Shown: positions 27,802 through 32,000 of the stretch, in pieces | How positions within the stretch are numbered: the stretch's first letter is position 1 | Layout: each line of letters begins with the position of its first letter | Source of the DNA: Propionibacteriaceae bacterium | GTDB taxonomy: Bacteria; Actinomycetota; Actinomycetes; Propionibacteriales; Propionibacteriaceae | Length of the DNA stretch: 32,000 nt | Assembly: GCA_031256725.1 (NCBI GenBank) | Contig: JAIRQE010000003.1 | Location: 20,413-52,412 of the forward strand | Reading direction: 5' to 3' | The notes under the pieces: generated by a model | Databases searched by the model: none | What the model saw: only the letters and a program-made list of their open reading frames with translations | Told to the model about the DNA's origin: nothing | Made by a program: the position numbers and the translations under genes

Positions 27802-28060
27802 AGCTGTAGAAGTAGACAAAACCTTCAGGAAAAAGCAGGCATTATCTAATGTTTCTATGACTGTGCCAAATGGGCAGGTTACCGCTTTTGTCGGCCCAAA
27901 TGGCTCTGGAAAAACAACTATGATGAAGATTGCTGCTGATCTAATACCAGCCACTAATGGATACTGTGCCATCGATGGAAAGCTTTTCCAAGACTCAGAT
28001 GCGCCTCAGCACACTCTAGGTACTTGTATGCTTCCAGATGTGGGTCGGACTCGGCATTGA
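27794..28060 (+). pseudogene. Truncated ABC transporter ATP-binding protein (first ~85 codons only)
   Basis: ATGA overlap with the YdbT-like stop. Walker A GPNGSGKTT is present, but the ORF stops after 88 codons with no Q-loop, signature or Walker B. The break coincides with the jump to GC-rich sequence. Confidence 0.75.
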
Positions 28061-28281
28061 GCCCAGCCAGCCTATGGACGAAAGCCGATTGCCACCGATG
28101 GTACGACGCCGCTGCTCGCGCCTGCACTGCCACTTACAAACCCGGCTCCGCCCAGAGGGCACTCTGCTACGCTAAAGCTGTAGATGATTTGGCATGGTGT
28201 ATTGCCAAGGCAGCCGTGGTTTCTGTTGCTACAGGAGGAAGAGTCGTTGGCGGCGGTGGCGTCGGTGGCGGGGCTTGGTAG
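28024..28281 (+). CDS. Cys4/Gly-tail ORF of unknown function, possibly a 5'-truncated orphan toxin- or bacteriocin-like module
   Basis: The ORF has only TTG starts (28024, 28057). It encodes ...WTKADCHRWYDAAARACTATYKPGSAQRALCYAKAVDDLAWCIAKAAVVSVATGGRVVGGGGVGGGAW, with symmetric C-x10-C-x13-C-x10-C spacing. It is GC-rich, unlike the upstream DNA, and is followed 9 nt later by another ORF. Confidence 0.4.
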   Translation: MYASRCGSDSALSPASLWTKADCHRWYDAAARACTATYKPGSAQRALCYAKAVDDLAWCIAKAAVVSVATGGRVVGGGGVGGGAW

Positions 28282-28290
28282 GATCACCCT

Positions 28291-28626
28291 ATGCATGCTT
28301 CGCAAGTAATGGCCCGAAGAACACTTGAGCAAAGCGGAAAACCATTCGAGTTACTTATATACGCACCCCAAACGGGAGAGATCGCAGATTACGAGTGTAT
28401 GTGGTCCTTGGTTGATGACACAGGCGGTAATGTCGACAGTGGGAAAGGCTATGGCGTAGACGAATTACAGGCCTTACTGTCAGCGTTATTAACTGTTGGT
28501 GAGTCTCTTGCTGATCTGCCAGGTGAGTTCACATTTAAGGGCATGAGAACAACGCTACTCCCACGGTTACTTACTCATTCTCTAGAACAAGTCCATGCTT
28601 GGCATATTCCCGGAGATGCTCCATAA
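28291..28626 (+). CDS. Small acidic cytoplasmic protein of unknown function (immunity-like by context)
   Basis: 111 aa with AGGA 7 nt upstream of the ATG. The core is ...FELLIYAPQTGEIADYECMWSLVDDTGGNVDSGKGYGVDELQALLSALLTVGESLADLPGEFTFKG. From memory this resembles an uncharacterised ~100-aa actinobacterial family with a G-x-D-x-x-Q-A-L helix; not verifiable here. A strong terminator follows. Confidence 0.65.
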   Translation: MHASQVMARRTLEQSGKPFELLIYAPQTGEIADYECMWSLVDDTGGNVDSGKGYGVDELQALLSALLTVGESLADLPGEFTFKGMRTTLLPRLLTHSLEQVHAWHIPGDAP

Positions 28627-28643
28627 TAAGAAAAAACTACCTT

Positions 28644-28690
28644 CACTGTGCGATCACGATCTAATGCATTATGATCGCACAGTGTTTATT
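28644..28690. terminator. Intrinsic terminator, possibly bidirectional
   Basis: Perfect 13-bp stem CACTGTGCGATCA (28644-28656) / TGATCGCACAGTG (28672-28684) with a 15-nt loop, followed by TTTATT on the plus strand. An A-run (28630-28636) lies 7 nt before the stem for the minus strand. It sits between convergent ORFs ending at 28626 and 28695. Confidence 0.7.
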
Positions 28691-28694
28691 ACGT

Positions 28695-28901
28695 TCAGCC
28701 AAGCCCATTGCACTCCATAACAGGCTCTTCACGAACAAGAGTGAAGATAGGTGGGGCGGCAGTGGCTGGATAGATGTCGAGGTCGTTCGATAATAGGTGC
28801 TGTTCAGGTCGTACTCTTCCTTGACTTCTCGCCCTGAAACGACACAAATCGTCTGCATCAACACCCACGACAAAACGGTAGACATCTGCAACGATAGTCA
28901 T
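28695..28901 (-). CDS. Hypothetical small protein (doubtful; may be a gene fragment)
   Basis: 68 codons (MTIVADVYRFVVGVDADDLCRF...). The stop is 11 nt from the terminator stem. The RBS-like AAAGGA is ~13 nt upstream. There are many rare Arg/Leu codons in the middle and no recognisable family. Confidence 0.3.
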   Translation of the reverse strand: MTIVADVYRFVVGVDADDLCRFRARSQGRVRPEQHLLSNDLDIYPATAAPPIFTLVREEPVMECNGLG

Positions 28902-29408
28902 GGTGATCGGTTTTCCTTTCTCGGGATAGGACTGGTCGTCAGGGTCGACATCAGCCCAGGAAAGAAATCACTGCGAGGCATTCCTGTCACGAGTCACGAT
29001 CTAATGATCGGACATGCTTCTAATCAAGCCATCGTGGTGGACAGGGTCGGTGTCGGCCCCCTCGTCACACTGGACATGCCGGATACAACACACATTCACG
29101 GTCAAGAGATTGGAGAGTCACACCACAACGAGACGACCCACACCAATCCTGCCAGCCAGCCCCAGGCCAGCCACCACCCATACTTACAGGAATTCGGGGG
29201 GAACTACACTCGGTCGAAGACGATGGTTATATATTGAACTGCGTGAACAAAAGCATTGGCGTGTGCCGTTGAAGGACGGCTCAATTACCATTGACTACTG
29301 GCTTGCGAAGGCTTCCGGCAAGGTCCGTCCCTTGCATCCGGTACGCTTGTCTCTTGGACATGCCAGCCGGGCATGAAGGCGCAATGCCGAAGAAGAGAGA
29401 ATGTAACT

Positions 29409-30785
29409 ATGACCAGTGCACTTGATAATGTCATCAACCTTGCGAAAAGGCGAGGATTCGTGTATCCCTGTGGAGAGATCTACGGAGGTACGAGAGCCGC
29501 ATGGGATTATGGCCCCCTCGGTGTAGAACTCAAAGAGAATATTAAGAAGCAATGGTGGCGTTCGGTCGTGACCTCCCGTGATGATGTCGTGGGTCTCGAC
29601 TCTTCGGTGCTCCTTCCCCGCATGGTCTGGGTGGCCTCAGGTCATGTTGGTGTCTTCAACGACCCACTGACGGAATGTCTCAGCTGTCACAAGCGTTTCC
29701 GCGCAGATACTCTCGAAGACGAGTTCGAGTTCCGCAAGAATCGCAAGCCCACAGGCTTGGACGAGATCCCATGCCCCAACTGTGGGAACAAGGGCCAATG
29801 GACTGAGCCCAAGGACTTCAACATGATGCTCAAGACCTATCTTGGCCCCATTGAAGACGAATCGGGGCTGCATTATCTTCGCCCAGAAACCGCCCAAGGT
29901 ATCTTCGTCAACTTCTCCAACGTCGTCCAGACCCAACGCATGAAGCCCCCCTTCGGCATCGGCCAAACAGGGAAGTCCTTCCGCAACGAAATCACTCCCG
30001 GAAACTTCATCTTCCGTACCCGAGAATTCGAGCAGATGGAGATGGAGTTCTTCGTCAAACCAGGTGAGGATGAGGAATGGCATCAGTACTGGATTGATGA
30101 GCGCACGAGATGGTACGTCGGTCTAGGCATCAACCCCGATAACCTGCGCCACTACGAGCATCCGAAAGAGAAGCTCTCTCACTATTCAAAGCGCACGGTC
30201 GACATTGAGTACCGCTTCGGTTTCGCTGGTGGTGAATGGGGTGAATTGGAGGGGATCGCCAACCGTACAGACTTCGATCTCACCACCCACACCGAACACT
30301 CCGGTCAGGACATGTCCTATCGTGACCCGGTCACCAATGAGCGGTACGTACCCTATGTCATCGAACCTGCGGCTGGTCTCACCCGCTCTTTGATGGCCTT
30401 CCTCGTGGAGTCCTATAGCGAGGATGAGGCCCCCAACACCAAGGGTGGGGTTGATGTTCGTACCGTCCTTCGTCTCGACCACAGGATCGCTCCTGTGAAG
30501 GCAGCAGTACTACCGCTGTCCCGCCATGAGGATCTCTCGCCCAAGGCCCGTGATCTGGCTGCCCAGTTGCGCAAGTACTGGAACGTGGATTACGACGATA
30601 CCCAGGCCATCGGTCGTCGGTATCGCCGCCAGGATGAGATTGGTACCCCGTACTGTGTGACTGTTGACTTTGAAACCCTCGAAGACCAGGCTGTCACCAT
30701 CCGAGAGCGCGATACGATGACCCAGGAAAGGGTTGCCCTAGATCAGGTGCAGTCCTATCTGGCGGCCCACCTCCCGGGGTGCTAG
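29409..30785 (+). CDS. glyQS: Glycine--tRNA ligase (alpha2 dimeric GlyQS type)
   Basis: Track ORF starts at 29373, but ATG 29409 gives the canonical [27 protein letters not shown]. Class II motifs are [25 protein letters not shown] and [14 protein letters not shown], with a C-terminal anticodon-binding domain. Confidence 0.95.
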   Translation: MTSALDNVINLAKRRGFVYPCGEIYGGTRAAWDYGPLGVELKENIKKQWWRSVVTSRDDVVGLDSSVLLPRMVWVASGHVGVFNDPLTECLSCHKRFRADTLEDEFEFRKNRKPTGLDEIPCPNCGNKGQWTEPKDFNMMLKTYLGPIEDESGLHYLRPETAQGIFVNFSNVVQTQRMKPPFGIGQTGKSFRNEITPGNFIFRTREFEQMEMEFFVKPGEDEEWHQYWIDERTRWYVGLGINPDNLRHYEHPKEKLSHYSKRTVDIEYRFGFAGGEWGELEGIANRTDFDLTTHTEHSGQDMSYRDPVTNERYVPYVIEPAAGLTRSLMAFLVESYSEDEAPNTKGGVDVRTVLRLDHRIAPVKAAVLPLSRHEDLSPKARDLAAQLRKYWNVDYDDTQAIGRRYRRQDEIGTPYCVTVDFETLEDQAVTIRERDTMTQERVALDQVQSYLAAHLPGC

Positions 30786-31940
30786 TTGTCGTTCAGGCTT
30801 GGGGGAACTGAGCTTCCCATTCCGGTTTTCCTGGCTCCGATGGCTGGGGTGACGAACTCTGCCTATCGCCAGTTGTGCCGTGAGCAGGCTGAGTCTGTCA
30901 CTAACCTGCGTCCTGCAGGGGTTTTCACATGTGAGATGATTACTGCTCGAGGTATCACCGAGAGAATCCCCAAAACCTTTGCGATGATGGCTCCCGATAC
31001 CAACGATGGTTTTTTCTCGGTACAACTCTCAGGTGTTGACCCAGCCGTTGTAGGAAAGGCGGTGACGATCGCCTGTGGGGAGCGCGGAGTCAAGCACATT
31101 GATCTCAACTTTGGGTGCCCTGTACCGAAGATCACCAGAAAAGGTGGTGGGGGAGTACTCCCGTGGAAGCTGGATCGTTTTGCTGCGATCCTGAATGCAG
31201 CAGTACAGGCGGGAGAACCCTTTTCAGTTCCGGTCACGATCAAAACCCGCATCGGGATTGATGATGATCGCATCACCATGTTCGATGCTGGGCGTATTGC
31301 AGAGGATGCGGGGATTGCGGCAATCCAACTTCATGCTCGAACCGTCGATCAAGCCTATTCTGGAAAGGCGCGTTGGGAGGCCATCGCGGAACTCGTTCAA
31401 GCCGTCTCGATTCCAATCATTGGTAACGGTGATATTTGGGAGGCCACTGACGCCTTGTCGATGATGGAACAGACCGGGTGTGCAGCCGTCAGCATCGGTC
31501 GTGGAGCCCTAGGGCGACCCTGGCTCTTCCGTGACCTTGCGCGTGCCATGGTTGAGGGCGCCAATGAACCCAGTCTGCCGACCTCCACTGAGGTTGTTCA
31601 GATGGTACGACGTCATGCCGAGTTGTTGATTGGCCATTTTGGTGAAGAATGGCATGGGTTGGCTGATCTGCGAAAACACATGTCATGGTACTTTAAAGGC
31701 TTCTCTTTGGGTGGTGAACTGCGTTATGCGCTCGGGATGGTTTCCAGTTTGACTCAGCTTGATGACCTTCTCGCCCAGGTTCCCGCAGATGAACCATTTC
31801 CAGCCCATGAGTTGAACTCTCCTCGTGGTCGCCAGGGATCACCTCGATCCAAGGTTGTTATGCCATATGGATGGCTTGAGTCACGTACCCTTGATGACTT
31901 CGATCTTTCTGGCGCAGATGAGGATGCGCAAGGAGGATAG
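30786..31940 (+). CDS. dusB: tRNA-dihydrouridine synthase (DusB-like)
   Basis: TTG start immediately after the glyQS stop. LAPMAGVTNSAYRQLCRE, DLNFGCPVPKITRKGGG (catalytic Cys) and IPIIGNGDI are Dus family signatures. Confidence 0.9.
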   Translation: MSFRLGGTELPIPVFLAPMAGVTNSAYRQLCREQAESVTNLRPAGVFTCEMITARGITERIPKTFAMMAPDTNDGFFSVQLSGVDPAVVGKAVTIACGERGVKHIDLNFGCPVPKITRKGGGGVLPWKLDRFAAILNAAVQAGEPFSVPVTIKTRIGIDDDRITMFDAGRIAEDAGIAAIQLHARTVDQAYSGKARWEAIAELVQAVSIPIIGNGDIWEATDALSMMEQTGCAAVSIGRGALGRPWLFRDLARAMVEGANEPSLPTSTEVVQMVRRHAELLIGHFGEEWHGLADLRKHMSWYFKGFSLGGELRYALGMVSSLTQLDDLLAQVPADEPFPAHELNSPRGRQGSPRSKVVMPYGWLESRTLDDFDLSGADEDAQGG

Positions 31941-32000
31941 TTCATTGCGGTTTCTCCGTAAAGCGCGCCCACTTGAAACGGCCAGGTACCATTGCCACAT

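Larger units (their letters stand above)
25441..28045. other. AT-richer segment, likely horizontally acquired
   Basis: Hand counts of sampled 60-nt lines give about 33-43% GC here versus about 58% in a glmM line. A/T-ending codons dominate. The boundaries coincide with the zinc-operon promoter on the left and the break point of the ABC ATPase ORF on the right. Confidence 0.6.

Noticed and set aside
29065-29181. 38-codon minus-strand ORF MGGGWPGAGWQDWCGSSRCGVTLQSLDRECVLYPACPV (Trp/Gly/Cys-rich)
   Set aside because: It is tempting as a Cys-rich peptide near the toxin-like cassette. However, it has no RBS or promoter, and its composition is explained by the GT-rich reiterated DNA (GCTGGC repeats). 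Worth revisiting only if conserved in relatives.
28797-29376. Plus-strand track ORFs of 146 and 120 aa
   Set aside because: They have H/T/P/S-rich low-complexity products, overlap each other and the minus ORF, and have no RBS and no family resemblance.
29240-29408. T-box riboswitch upstream of glyQS
   Set aside because: I looked for the conserved T-box sequence (GGUGGNACCGCG-like) and a Stem I specifier context. Only a weak GGTACGC fragment (29340-29346) and a GGA in a small loop were found, with no convincing T-box core.
31942-32000. Possible 3' end of a minus-strand gene (...VAMVPGRFKWARFTEKPQ*) entering from beyond the window
   Set aside because: Only 19 codons are visible. This is too little to call, although the stop abuts the dus stop plausibly.
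1-32000. CRISPR arrays, IS elements or transposases, integrases, phage genes, known defence-system genes
   Set aside because: I scanned both strands and the ORF track. No direct-repeat/spacer arrays and no DDE, serine or tyrosine recombinase genes were found other than the housekeeping XerC. No nuclease, helicase or NTPase defence-type ORFs were found.

Overview
All identifications come from reading the translations and DNA by eye; no searches or alignments were run. The window looks like an actinobacterial chromosome, probably Actinomycetaceae-like. Sampled housekeeping lines hand-count to about mid-50s %GC. About 80% is conserved core, tightly packed with many 1-26 nt gene overlaps. In order it holds: a 3'-truncated membrane pyrophosphatase (hppA, minus strand, absent from the ORF track); sufR-sufBDCSU-sufT; a 42-aa DLW-39-type microprotein; an ABC-F ATPase; a lipoprotein; an orphan ABC ATPase; def; xerC; a tandem-M23 peptidase; rplM-rpsI-glmM; coaA; glmS; an NAD(P)HX dehydratase; nanE; a five-gene zinc operon (znuA-znuC-znuB-zur-GNAT) with a Zur box on an apparently leaderless promoter; glyQS; and a dus gene. 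There are two non-core stretches. (1) 19.97-20.70 kb is a decayed locus upstream of an intact nanE, with an internally deleted amidohydrolase remnant and a frameshifted sugar ABC permease C-terminus. (2) 25.4-29.4 kb is an accessory patch between the zinc operon and glyQS. It starts with a clearly AT-richer segment encoding an overlapping bPH_2 (YdbS/YdbT-like) membrane pair. That pair is translationally coupled to an ABC ATPase that breaks off after 88 codons at a sharp composition junction. Next comes a GC-rich ORF that lacks a good start codon, encoding a symmetric C-x10-C-x13-C-x10-C module with a Gly-rich tail. It is followed 9 nt later by a small acidic protein, a strong hairpin terminator, a doubtful small minus-strand ORF, and about 0.5 kb with no convincing coding. 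The Cys4 ORF plus small acidic protein is the best candidate for something undescribed, possibly an orphan toxin or bacteriocin-like module with an immunity gene, but this is inference only. No tRNA, rRNA, CRISPR array, IS element or integrase was found.
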